Origin: an uncultured Gemmatimonadales bacterium
GTDB lineage: Bacteria; Gemmatimonadota; Gemmatimonadetes; Longimicrobiales; Gaopeijiaceae
Assembly (NCBI GenBank): GCA_963823035.1
Contig: CAWGKG010000017.1
Coordinates: 1-64,000 of the forward strand
Reading direction: 5' to 3'
DNA: 64,000 nucleotides
Position numbers and translations under genes: made by a program. Positions 33,989-42,920 of this stretch are shown here, in pieces (positions within the stretch are counted from its first letter, which is position 1; each line of letters begins with the position of its first letter). The notes under the pieces were generated by a model. It ran no database searches. It was not told the origin of the DNA and worked only from the letters and a program-made list of their open reading frames with translations.

Positions 33989-35421
33989 CGGTCACCTCCC
34001 GACTGCGTGCTCGAGGCCACGGGCGTGCTCTGCTCCGGCTTGGAGGCGAGATCCTTCTTGCCCATCGGCACGATGCTGAGGACCACGCGACCGTCGGTCA
34101 GGTAGCGGTTGGCGACGCGCTTGACGTCGTCGGCCGTGACGGCGCGCGTGGCCGCGAGGTCCTCACGGAAGTACCCGGGGTCGTCGTGGAAGACGCTCCC
34201 CTGGTCCAGCATGTCGGCCTTGGCCAGGTCCGACTGCAGGGAGGAGATCGTACGCAGCTCGAGACCGGCCTTGGCCTTCTGCAGCTCGTCGGCCGTGGGA
34301 CCCTCGCGGCGGAACCGGTCGAGGATCGAGTCGGTGGTGAGCTCGAGCGCCGTGAGCGTGTTGCCGGGCCGCGGCGTGATCGTCACGGCGAACTCGCCCA
34401 CCGCTTCCGACTCGTCCTGGCGTGCGGAGACGTTGGCCGCGCTCTGACGGTCGTACACCAGGCCCTTGGTGAGCCGCGCCGTGCGCGAGCCCGAGAGGAT
34501 GTCGCCCAGGAGGTCGAGCGCGTACTGGTCCGGGCTTCCCACGCCGACGGTCGGCCACGTCAGGTAGAGGCGAGGCACCTGGACCCGGTCCTCGTAGACC
34601 AGGCGTGTCTCGGACGGCAACCTGACCGGAGGAGCGTCCGGACGGGTGATCGTGCCGCCGCGCGGGATCTCGCCGAAGTACTTCGCCACCCACGCCTTGG
34701 TCGACGCTGGATCGAAGTCCCCGACGATCGCCACGGTCGCGTTGTTGGGCGCGTAGTAGAGGCGGAAGAAGCTCTTCACGTCCTCCGCGGACGCCGCGCT
34801 CAGGTCCTCCATGCTGCCGATCACGGGCCAGTGGTAGGGATGCCCGTCCGGGTAGAGCGCCCCGCTGATGATCTCGCTCGCGCGGCCATAGGGTCGGTTG
34901 TCGTAGCTCTGGCGCCGCTCGTTCTTCACGATGTCGCGCTGCGCGTTCAGCTTGTCGAGGTCGAGTGCGTCCAGCAGCCATCCCATCCGATCCGACTCGA
35001 GCCAGAGCACGTCCTCGAGGTAGTTCGAGGGGACGGTCTCGTAGTAGTTCGTCCGATCGTTGGTCGTGGAGCCGTTGTTCCCCCCGCCGACCCCCTCCGT
35101 GTAGCGGTCGTGCACGCCGTACGCGACGTGCCCGGAGCCGGTGAACATCACGTGCTCGAAGAGGTGCGCGAAGCCGGTGCGGCCCGGCTCCTCGTTCTTC
35201 GACCCCACGTGGTACCAGACGTCGACGGCCACGGTGGGCGTCGCGTGGTCCTCGGAGAGAATGACCGTGAGGCCGTTCGGAAGCGTGTAGCGCTCGAACG
35301 GGACGTGGATCGCCGTGCCGTCGCCGGCGGGGCTCTGAGCGCCGAGGGGGGTCGCCAGGGGAGCCGTCGCGCAGACGGCGAGCGCCGGGATGAGGGCCCG
35401 GAGGGTCAGTGCGGTTCGCAT
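33985..35421 (-). CDS. M16 family zinc peptidase, catalytic subunit
   Basis: LPNGL, WYHVGSKNE, GFAHLFEH (HxxEH), LESDRM, YYAPNNA. Confidence 0.93.
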   Translation of the reverse strand: MRTALTLRALIPALAVCATAPLATPLGAQSPAGDGTAIHVPFERYTLPNGLTVILSEDHATPTVAVDVWYHVGSKNEEPGRTGFAHLFEHVMFTGSGHVAYGVHDRYTEGVGGGNNGSTTNDRTNYYETVPSNYLEDVLWLESDRMGWLLDALDLDKLNAQRDIVKNERRQSYDNRPYGRASEIISGALYPDGHPYHWPVIGSMEDLSAASAEDVKSFFRLYYAPNNATVAIVGDFDPASTKAWVAKYFGEIPRGGTITRPDAPPVRLPSETRLVYEDRVQVPRLYLTWPTVGVGSPDQYALDLLGDILSGSRTARLTKGLVYDRQSAANVSARQDESEAVGEFAVTITPRPGNTLTALELTTDSILDRFRREGPTADELQKAKAGLELRTISSLQSDLAKADMLDQGSVFHDDPGYFREDLAATRAVTADDVKRVANRYLTDGRVVLSIVPMGKKDLASKPEQSTPVASSTQSGGDR

Positions 35422-35598
35422 GATGTGCGCGTGCTCGAGGGGTCCGACTTCCGATCGGGCCCGCCGCTTGCTGGCGAGACCGCCACGCGCGGCGGGACCG
35501 CCTGAACGGTCAGGGCACGGCATCGCGGGGTCAACCCGCGAGGCTGGACGAACCTCCTGCCCCGTCCCATGGTATGGAAGATGACGAGGAGGGTGGCG

Positions 35599-36615
35599 AT
35601 GACGACGATGACGCGTTTCTTCCGATCCCGTGCGGGGCTCGTGCTGGCGCTCCTGGGGGACGTCCTGCTGCGCGCGGGCCCCCACGACTGGCACGCGGGC
35701 CCGGACCTCGCGGCGGCGCTCGCCGCGCAGGACCAGGTCACGGCGCAGTGGATCGACCTCGAGGGGGTGGTGGGCACGGCGGTGGGGCTCGACTACTCCG
35801 GCACGCCCGTGGTGAAGGTGTACCTCACGGCCCCCGGGGTCGCGGCGCTGCCCGCGTCCGTGGACGGCGTCGCGGTCGTCCCCGAGGTGACGGGACCGAT
35901 CGTCGCCTACGACGACGGTCCGGCCGACCCCAAGCGTAGCTTCCCCCGCCCCGTCCCCATCGGCGTGAGCAGCGGCCACCCCTCCATCACGGCCGGCACC
36001 CTCGGCGCCCGCGTCACCGACGGCGACCGGGTCTTCGCGCTCAGCAACAACCACGTCTTCGCGGCGGTCAACCAGGGACGCGAGGGTGACCACCTCCTGC
36101 AGCCCGGCGTCGTGGACGGCGGCCGGGACCCGGACGACGCGCTCGGGACGTTGGCCGCCTTCGAGCCGATCCGGTTCTGCAGCCTGGTGTGCCCGGAGAA
36201 CCGCATCGACGCGGCCATCGCCCTCACCACGACGGAGGACGTCGGCAACGCCACGCCCGACGGAGGCTACGGGACGCCGCGCAGCCGCACGGCGGAGGCC
36301 GAGCTGGGGATGACCGTGCAGAAGTACGGGCGCACCACCGGCCAGACGGCCGGGCGGGTCACGGGGATCCACGCGACGATCGACGTGGGCTACCGCGGAT
36401 CCAACGCCCGCTTCGTCGACCAGATCGTCGTCTCGGACGGCAGCTTCAGCAATCCGGGCGACTCCGGCTCGCTGATCGTCACCAAGGGGACGCTGCTCGG
36501 CGACCGACGGCCGGTGGCGCTCCTCTTCGCGGGAAGCAACGTGAACACCATCGCCAACCCCATCGACTTCGTGCTGGAGCGCTTCGGCGTGACGGTGGAC
36601 GGGATCGCACCGTGA
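35599..36615 (+). CDS. Trypsin-like (S1-clan, Nal1-like) serine protease with N-terminal prodomain
   Basis: TAGTLG, LSNNHV (His), DAAIA (Asp), GRTTG, PGDSGS (Ser). Confidence 0.85.
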   Translation: MTTMTRFFRSRAGLVLALLGDVLLRAGPHDWHAGPDLAAALAAQDQVTAQWIDLEGVVGTAVGLDYSGTPVVKVYLTAPGVAALPASVDGVAVVPEVTGPIVAYDDGPADPKRSFPRPVPIGVSSGHPSITAGTLGARVTDGDRVFALSNNHVFAAVNQGREGDHLLQPGVVDGGRDPDDALGTLAAFEPIRFCSLVCPENRIDAAIALTTTEDVGNATPDGGYGTPRSRTAEAELGMTVQKYGRTTGQTAGRVTGIHATIDVGYRGSNARFVDQIVVSDGSFSNPGDSGSLIVTKGTLLGDRRPVALLFAGSNVNTIANPIDFVLERFGVTVDGIAP

Positions 36616-36821
36616 GCGGAGACGTGAAGGCCGCCCTCTCCGAGCTGAACCGCAAGGTGCTCGGCCGACCCGGGGTGGGCGGCACCGCCGTCGGTGAGTC
36701 CGGCGGTACCCCCTGCCTCCTGGTCTACGTCAACGACGCCGGGGCGCGAAAGGGGATTCCGACGCGGGTGGGCGGCGTGCCGGTCAAGGTGCAGGTGACC
36801 GGCCCCTTCCGCCGCCACTGA
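36612..36821 (+). CDS. Small (69 aa) stand-alone homologue of the protease prodomain
   Basis: GTGA start/stop overlap; PGVGGTAVG..GTPCLLVYV..IPTRVGGVPVKVQVTGPF aligns with the protease N-domain. Confidence 0.75.
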   Translation: MSGDVKAALSELNRKVLGRPGVGGTAVGESGGTPCLLVYVNDAGARKGIPTRVGGVPVKVQVTGPFRRH

Positions 36822-36848
36822 CGCGACGACCCCCACGCACCACTCCGG

Positions 36849-37793
36849 TCAGCTTCCCGGCGGCCGGCCGATGTCGAACGCGCCGCTCGTGATGGCGAGC
36901 GTGCCCGGGGTCGAGGTGCCCGGCGCCGGCCCGAGCGTGGCCGCGAACGTCCCCTTGATGCGCGTCGCGGTGATGCTCGTGACCGTCACGGACCCGCTTC
37001 CACCTGCGCCGTTCGAGCTCCACGTCGACGTCAACGGGCTGGTGACGCCCGTCACCCCCATCGTGCGCGTGGGCGCCGTGCCGCTCAGCGCGTACGTGCC
37101 GGGTGCGGACACGTCGGTGAGCGAGATCGTCAGCGACCTCGTGGTGTTCGAGCCTGTCACCACCAGGATGTCGAACCCACTGGTGAGCTGACCGGTGGCC
37201 GCGGCCGCCGTGAACGGCGTGCCTCCGATGGTGGCCGTGACCGAGCTCCCCGCGTAGTCGGGCAGCGCCCCGACCGCACCGGTCGGCTTGACCTCCAGGT
37301 CGAAGCTGCCGCCCGTGACGCTCTTGGTGCCGGTCGCCGTGCCGGTGAGCGCCTCTGCCGTGAACGTGAACGTTCCCGCGATGCGCGAATCCGTGAGCGC
37401 GGTGATCGTGAGCGTGCCGGCCGCGCCGGACTGGGGGGTCGCCCACCCACCGCCGGCGTCGGAGACGATCGCGCTCCCTCCCGCGACCAGGTTCCCCACA
37501 CCCATCGGATAGGTGCCGGTACCGCCGATGTTGTAGAGGCTGAGGACCATGATGTAGCCACCTCCGAGCTTCGTGCCGGTGATCGAGTACAGGCCCGGAA
37601 GGGTGATCGACACGCCGAAGCTCTCGGCGCCGGCGTCGCTGTTCCACGCCGCGCCGTCGATCGTGGCCTTGATGAAGTGCGTGCCTTCGCCCCCGGGGCC
37701 GGTGGCATCGCTGCCGCCGCACGACATGAGGGGCCCGGCGAGGGCCACGGCGAGCGCCACGGCCGGGATACGGCCCATCCGGGAGGGTTTCAC
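36849..37793 (-). CDS. Lipoprotein with two tandem beta-rich repeats (DUF6252-like)
   Basis: Lipobox LMSC; duplicated ATI.G.., GTY, G..T.T..T..RI.GTF, T.G.FD motifs. Confidence 0.75.
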   Translation of the reverse strand: MKPSRMGRIPAVALAVALAGPLMSCGGSDATGPGGEGTHFIKATIDGAAWNSDAGAESFGVSITLPGLYSITGTKLGGGYIMVLSLYNIGGTGTYPMGVGNLVAGGSAIVSDAGGGWATPQSGAAGTLTITALTDSRIAGTFTFTAEALTGTATGTKSVTGGSFDLEVKPTGAVGALPDYAGSSVTATIGGTPFTAAAATGQLTSGFDILVVTGSNTTRSLTISLTDVSAPGTYALSGTAPTRTMGVTGVTSPLTSTWSSNGAGGSGSVTVTSITATRIKGTFAATLGPAPGTSTPGTLAITSGAFDIGRPPGS

Positions 37794-37992
37794 GGGATCG
37801 TCTCCGCACTTTGATGGTGGACCGACTCGGGCGCGCGCGTCGCCACGGCCCGCTGTCAGGATGCTCTGCACAAGAGCAATGCGTTCTTTGCCGGCGGGGA
37901 CCGTCACGCGTTGGCGCGCACCGTCCGCGCGCGCTATCTCATCCGGCATGCTGCGTGGGCCGGCGCCCGGCTCGCCGCGAACGGAGGTGACG

Positions 37993-38913
37993 ATGACTCG
38001 GAGGTGGCTGGGAGCGTCCCTTGCCGTGGCGGCTGTGTGCGTCGTCGGCGCGTACGTCGCGTCGGACCCGGAGCGGGAGCAGCTCGACACCGCGGCGCGC
38101 GGGCGACTCGGCGGGACGTACGTCCGGCTCTCCGGGGGGGTCACCCACTATCGTGTCGACGGGCCGGCGGACGGCCCCGGCGTCGTCCTCGTCCACGGGG
38201 GCACGATCCCCATCTGGACGTGGGACGAGCAGGTACCGGCGCTCACCCGCGCGGGCTACCGCGTGCTGACCTACGACCAGTACGGCCGGGGCCTGTCCGA
38301 CCGACCGGACGTGACGTACGACCAGGCGCTCTACAGCGCTCAGCTGGCGGAGCTGGTCGACACGCTCGGCCTGACCGACCCCTTCGATCTGGTCGGGCTG
38401 TCACTCGGCGGCGGCACCGTGGTGAACTACACGGCGGCCCACCCCGAGCGCGTGCGTCGGCTCGTGCTGATCTCGCCCGTGGTACGGGACTACCACGTCT
38501 CCGCGCTCTTTCGCACGCCGTGGGTGGGCGACGCCATCGCGCGCGCGGCCGGTACGCGCATCCTGACGGGCCGCTTCCGGCGCCTGTACGCGGGCAACCC
38601 CGACCTCGAACGGTACACCGAGGCGTTCAAGGCGCAGACGAGGGTGCGCGGCTTCCGGCGCTCGGTGCTGTCGATGGTGCGCGGCGACGCCCTCCGTGAC
38701 TACACCGACGCATATCGCGCCGTGGGCGCCCAGGCACGCGACGTTCTCCTGATCTGGGGAACCGCCGACGACGAGATCACGGACGACATGGTCGGCGAAA
38801 TCCGCACGCTCGTTCCCGGCCTCGAGTTCAGGCCGGTGGAGGGCGCCGGGCACGGGATCGTGGCCCAGAGACCCGACGTGGTGAACCGCCTGCTTATCGA
38901 TTTCCTCCGATGA
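37993..38913 (+). CDS. Alpha/beta hydrolase with N-terminal anchor
   Basis: LVHGG, YDQYGRGLSD, GLSLGG nucleophile elbow, WGTADD, GAGH. Confidence 0.9.
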   Translation: MTRRWLGASLAVAAVCVVGAYVASDPEREQLDTAARGRLGGTYVRLSGGVTHYRVDGPADGPGVVLVHGGTIPIWTWDEQVPALTRAGYRVLTYDQYGRGLSDRPDVTYDQALYSAQLAELVDTLGLTDPFDLVGLSLGGGTVVNYTAAHPERVRRLVLISPVVRDYHVSALFRTPWVGDAIARAAGTRILTGRFRRLYAGNPDLERYTEAFKAQTRVRGFRRSVLSMVRGDALRDYTDAYRAVGAQARDVLLIWGTADDEITDDMVGEIRTLVPGLEFRPVEGAGHGIVAQRPDVVNRLLIDFLR

Positions 38914-39025
38914 AGACGGAACGAGAAACTTGATCGGCGGCCCTCCCGTACATAGCATGACAAGATCGGAAGCTGCGGGCCGAGCCACGGCCCGTCCGAG
39001 CGATACTCAGGAGAGCGCGAACACG

Positions 39026-39175
39026 ATGCGATCTCACAGTCACACCCTCTGGATGCCGACGCTCCGCCGTGCGGGCATCTCCGCCATGCAGGGGCGGAGT
39101 GCGCCCATCGGCTACGCGTTCGTCGTCGACCGGGTGCGTCCGCAGGCCCTGACGCTCAAGGAGGGAGAGACCTGA
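39026..39175 (+). CDS. Putative leader peptide / small ORF (49 aa)
   Basis: AGGAG upstream; followed by a terminator-like hairpin and then the ABC gene. Confidence 0.4.
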   Translation: MRSHSHTLWMPTLRRAGISAMQGRSAPIGYAFVVDRVRPQALTLKEGET

Positions 39176-39208
39176 GTAAGGCGTAGTTTCCGCTTTTCTC
39201 GATCGGCC

Positions 39209-39259
39209 AACCGGCCTTCCGGTCCCCCTCTGAGGGCGACGGGAAGGCCGGTTTTCATT
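39209..39259 (+). terminator. Intrinsic terminator/attenuator upstream of the ABC transporter
   Basis: AACCGGCCTTCC...GGAAGGCCGGTT 12-bp perfect stem with inner pairing, followed by TTCATT. Confidence 0.7.
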
Positions 39260-39327
39260 GGCACGTCACCGCGGCCGATCGAGCCGCACAGGGGCGGCCG
39301 GGTACGACCGCAAAGGGGAGAGGGGCC

Positions 39328-41598
39328 ATGTCGGAGAGTGGCTTGAGACAGGACCAGGGGATCATCGAGCGGTACCTGGGCCAGCCCGCCTGGCTACCGG
39401 AGCAGGTCCGGGCCTCCGGGGAGGAGGCGCTGGGTGGGCCGGTGCGCCTGTACGCGATGGTCGACCTGGACGAGGCCATGGCGCTCACGGAACGGTGGGT
39501 GCTGCTCGGCGACGAGCGTGTGGCCCTCGTCGAGCGCGGGTGCGAGGCGAGCGCCTTCGAGCGCGCGGCCGTCCGGGCCGTGCGCGAGGAGCCCGGGCTG
39601 TCCGCGACGCTGCTCCACGTCCTGGGGGAGGAGAAGGAGGCCCCTCTGGCGGAGCTGCGCTACACCCACAGGCAGCGGCGCGCGGTCGAGAACATCCGCT
39701 TCGTGATCCAGCAGCAGGTGGAGGGGCGCGAGGTCGATCCGGGCGTGGCCGACGTGGAATACGCGCGTGCGGTGGCCGCACCGGTGCGCGAAGCACAGGC
39801 CCTGGTGGCGGGGAACCGCAGGGCCGTGCTCTGGCGTCTGCTGTCGTACCTGGCGCCCTACCGGAAACGGCTGGGGTGGGGCTTCGCCGCGGCCGCGGTC
39901 ATCACGCTGGTGAGCCTCGTGCCACCCTGGCTGGCTGGGTACCTCATCGACGAGGTGGTCCGGCCGGTGCAGGACGGCAGCGTGCCGGTGAACAGAGGCG
40001 CGACGGTGGCGTGGCTGGCCGTGGTGGCGATGGCGCTCGTGTACGTGGTGCGCCAGGCGGCGGCGCTGGTGCGGCTGCGGCTGATGGCAGTGGTCGGCGA
40101 GTACGTCGCGCGCGACCTGCGGGGCGAGGTGTACGCGCACCTGCAGAAGATGAGCATGGGCTTCTTCAGCAGGAAGAAGACCGGGAGCCTGATCACGCGG
40201 GTGACGTCGGACACGGACCGACTGTGGGAGTTCCTGGCCTTCGGCGTGGTGGACGTGTCGCTGTCGCTGGTCATGCTCCTGGGTCTGTCCGGGGTGCTGC
40301 TCACCCTGGACTGGGAGCTCGGCCTGGTGATGGTGCTGCCGGTGCCCGCGTTCTGCTGGACGATCTTCTGGCACGGGGAGCGCATGGAGCGGCTCTTCCT
40401 GCGCACGTGGCGGAAGTGGAGCAGCATGACCGACGTGCTCGGCGACACGCTGCCGGGCATCAAGGTCGTGAAGGCGTTCAGTCAGGAGGCGCACGAGACA
40501 GGGCGCTTCTCGGCGCGCAGCTCGGACGTGACGGAGGAGGCGAACCGGCTGCACGCGGCGTGGACCACGTTCTGGCCGACGCTGATGCTCGCGATCCAGG
40601 GAACGACCGTGCTGGTGTGGGCCTTCGCGGTGCCGCGGCTGCTCGGGCTGGGGGGAGGCGCGCCCACGCTGTCGGCGGGGACGTTCGTCTCGTTCCTGCT
40701 CTACACGACGATGTTCATCCACCCGATCGAGGTAATCGGGCAGATGACGCGGACGATGAACCGCGCCACGAGCTCGGCGCACCGGGTGTTCGAGGTGCTG
40801 GACACCGAGCCCGAGGTCGTCGACGTGAAGGAGCCCGTGCGGCTGGAGCCCGTCGAAGGACGCGTCGCGTTCGAGGACGTGACGTTCGCCTACGACGGCG
40901 TCCGCCAGGTGCTGCGCGGGGTGAGCTTCGAGGTCGAGCCGGGCGAGATGATCGGCCTGGTCGGGCCGTCGGGTGGCGGCAAGACCACGGTGGTGAACCT
41001 CATCGCGCGCTTCTACGACGTGACCGGTGGACGGATCACGGTGGACGGCGTGGACCTGCGCGAGTTGGAGTCGGCGCACTACCGGAGGCAGCTCGGGATG
41101 GTGCTCCAGGACCCGTACCTCTTCCACGGTACGGTGCTGGAGAACGTCCGCTACGGACATCCGGAGGCGAGCCCGGAGCGGGTGATCGAGGCGGCGCGGG
41201 CGGCCAACGCGCACGACTTCATCGTGAAGCTGCCACACGGCTACGACACGGTGGTGGGCGAGCGGGGACAGACGCTCTCGGGAGGAGAGCGGCAGCGGGT
41301 GAGCATCGCCAGAGCGATCCTGCACGACCCCAGGATCCTGATCCTCGACGAGGCCACGAGCGCGGTGGACACGGAGACGGAGCGCGAGATCCAGGAGGCG
41401 ATGGACCGGCTGATCGCGGGGCGCACCGTGTTCGCGATCGCGCACAGGCTGTCGACGCTGGTGAACGCGTCGCGGCTCTTCGTGATGAAGGACGGGCGGC
41501 TGGCGGAGAGCGGGACGCACGCCGAGCTGCTCGACAAGGAAGGCGGGGTCTATCGCAGGCTGTACACGCTGCAGCGTGAGATGGCCAAGGCCATCTGA
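39328..41598 (+). CDS. ABC exporter (N-terminal extension + TMD + NBD), DUF1854-associated type
   Basis: GPSGGGKTT, LSGGERQR, ILDEATS, AHRLST; 6-TM domain; soluble N-terminal extension of about 165 aa. Confidence 0.92.
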   Translation: MSESGLRQDQGIIERYLGQPAWLPEQVRASGEEALGGPVRLYAMVDLDEAMALTERWVLLGDERVALVERGCEASAFERAAVRAVREEPGLSATLLHVLGEEKEAPLAELRYTHRQRRAVENIRFVIQQQVEGREVDPGVADVEYARAVAAPVREAQALVAGNRRAVLWRLLSYLAPYRKRLGWGFAAAAVITLVSLVPPWLAGYLIDEVVRPVQDGSVPVNRGATVAWLAVVAMALVYVVRQAAALVRLRLMAVVGEYVARDLRGEVYAHLQKMSMGFFSRKKTGSLITRVTSDTDRLWEFLAFGVVDVSLSLVMLLGLSGVLLTLDWELGLVMVLPVPAFCWTIFWHGERMERLFLRTWRKWSSMTDVLGDTLPGIKVVKAFSQEAHETGRFSARSSDVTEEANRLHAAWTTFWPTLMLAIQGTTVLVWAFAVPRLLGLGGGAPTLSAGTFVSFLLYTTMFIHPIEVIGQMTRTMNRATSSAHRVFEVLDTEPEVVDVKEPVRLEPVEGRVAFEDVTFAYDGVRQVLRGVSFEVEPGEMIGLVGPSGGGKTTVVNLIARFYDVTGGRITVDGVDLRELESAHYRRQLGMVLQDPYLFHGTVLENVRYGHPEASPERVIEAARAANAHDFIVKLPHGYDTVVGERGQTLSGGERQRVSIARAILHDPRILILDEATSAVDTETEREIQEAMDRLIAGRTVFAIAHRLSTLVNASRLFVMKDGRLAESGTHAELLDKEGGVYRRLYTLQREMAKAI

Positions 41599-41622
41599 CT
41601 CGAACCGAAAGGGAGGTGGGAC

Positions 41623-42099
41623 ATGGTCCGGATCAGTGACGCCGGGCTGAGGCTGGAACGAAGGCGGGACGGGCAACTCTGGGCCGTGAGGGACGGGGAG
41701 GAGCGGCCGGTGCGGGTGCACCGGCTGTTCCCCTGGTCGGAGAACGGCCGGCACGTGTCGCTACGCGATGGCGGGAACCGCGAGTTCGCGCTGGTAGGGC
41801 CGGAGGAGCGGCTCGACGAGGCGTCCACCCGTGTGCTGGACGAGGCGATGGTGGCCGCGGGCTTCGTGCTGGAGGTCACCGCCGTGGCCGAGATCGACGA
41901 GGAGATCGAGATCCGCGTGTGGAGGGTCGAGACCCGGCAGGGTGCGCGTACGTTCCAGACGCATCTGGATGACTGGCCGCGGGAGACGCCCGGAGGCGGC
42001 CTCCTGATCCGCGACGTGGCGGGCGACCTGTACTTCGTGCCCGACCCGGGCGCGCTGGACGCGGCCAGCCGCGAGTGGCTGTGGGCCTTCGTGGATTGA
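41623..42099 (+). CDS. DUF1854 domain protein
   Basis: VRVHRLFPWS, VSLRD, WRVETRQGARTF, LLIRDVAGDLY, directly after the ABC gene. Confidence 0.75.
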   Translation: MVRISDAGLRLERRRDGQLWAVRDGEERPVRVHRLFPWSENGRHVSLRDGGNREFALVGPEERLDEASTRVLDEAMVAAGFVLEVTAVAEIDEEIEIRVWRVETRQGARTFQTHLDDWPRETPGGGLLIRDVAGDLYFVPDPGALDAASREWLWAFVD

Positions 42100-42107
42100 A
42101 TGGGGGG

Positions 42108-42578
42108 TCAATACGGGCGCGCGGCGGGGTTCGCCTTCCAGTCGCGCAGGAGCGCCCGCGCCTCCGGGAGGGGAAGGTGCACGCTGTCCAGGCGCCGGCC
42201 CTCCCACGAGGTAGCCACCTCGCGGCGGATGTCCGCGTCGTCGAAGCCGGCGGCGCGGGCATCCTCCTCCGTGGCCGCGTACACCACGCGGCCGATGCGC
42301 GCCCAGTAGATGGCCGCGAGGCACATGGGGCACGGCTCGCACGTGCAGTAGATCGTGCAGCCGTCGAGGACGTGCGTATGCAGGGACGCACACGCATCAC
42401 GGATGGCCGCCACCTCCGCGTGCGCGGTCGGATCGTGGTCGGCCACCACGCGGTTCCAGCCGCACCCCACGACGTGCCCGTCCCGCACCACGAGGGCGCC
42501 GAAGGGCCCGTGCAGGCCGTCGCGGGCGTGTTCGCGCGCGAGGGCTACGGCGTCGCGCAGATGTCGTTCGTCGCTCAT
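42108..42578 (-). CDS. Zn-dependent nucleoside/guanine deaminase (CDA fold)
   Basis: GPFGA, DPTAHAEV, CEPCPMCLAAIYWARI, GFDD. Confidence 0.9.
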   Translation of the reverse strand: MSDERHLRDAVALAREHARDGLHGPFGALVVRDGHVVGCGWNRVVADHDPTAHAEVAAIRDACASLHTHVLDGCTIYCTCEPCPMCLAAIYWARIGRVVYAATEEDARAAGFDDADIRREVATSWEGRRLDSVHLPLPEARALLRDWKANPAARPY

Positions 42579-42664
42579 GGGTCGCGCACGTGCCGAGGGT
42601 GCGGGCAGGCCCACCCATGATGCGGCATCGTGCGACCGGTGGCCATGGCGGCGGGACGAAGCCA

Positions 42665-42733
42665 AACCCCGTCATCGCGTGAGGGCGAACCCCGCGACCG
42701 CGCGAGGCGACGGGTGGGGGAGCGGCGTAGACT
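42665..42733 (+). promoter_or_regulatory. Tandem operator-like repeats and -10 element upstream of the YcaO gene
   Basis: AACCCCGTCATCGCGTGAGG (42665) and AACCCCGCGACCGCGCGAGG (42688), 16/20 identical with a 23-bp period; TAGACT at 42728-42733. Confidence 0.5.
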
Positions 42734-42920
42734 TCTGTCGAGGTTTGAAGTCGATGCCGGCCGCGGCGGGTTGCCCCCCAACCCAGGATCCTGCCCGGCC
42801 TCTCGAGGAGGGCGTCCCGCGGCGGGGCGCCCTCCTCCATCGTCCCGGAGCGAACCCCTGCATCCGGGCGGGGTAGCGCATTCGGCTCGGCAGGGGAACA
42901 GCGACACCTTCGGAGTGACC

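Noticed and set aside
42754..42876. 40-aa ORF (MPAAAGCPP...NPCIRAG) upstream of ycaO as a short RiPP precursor
   Set aside because: No RBS, no leader-like features, few Cys/Ser/Thr residues, and it overlaps a hairpin; not fully excluded
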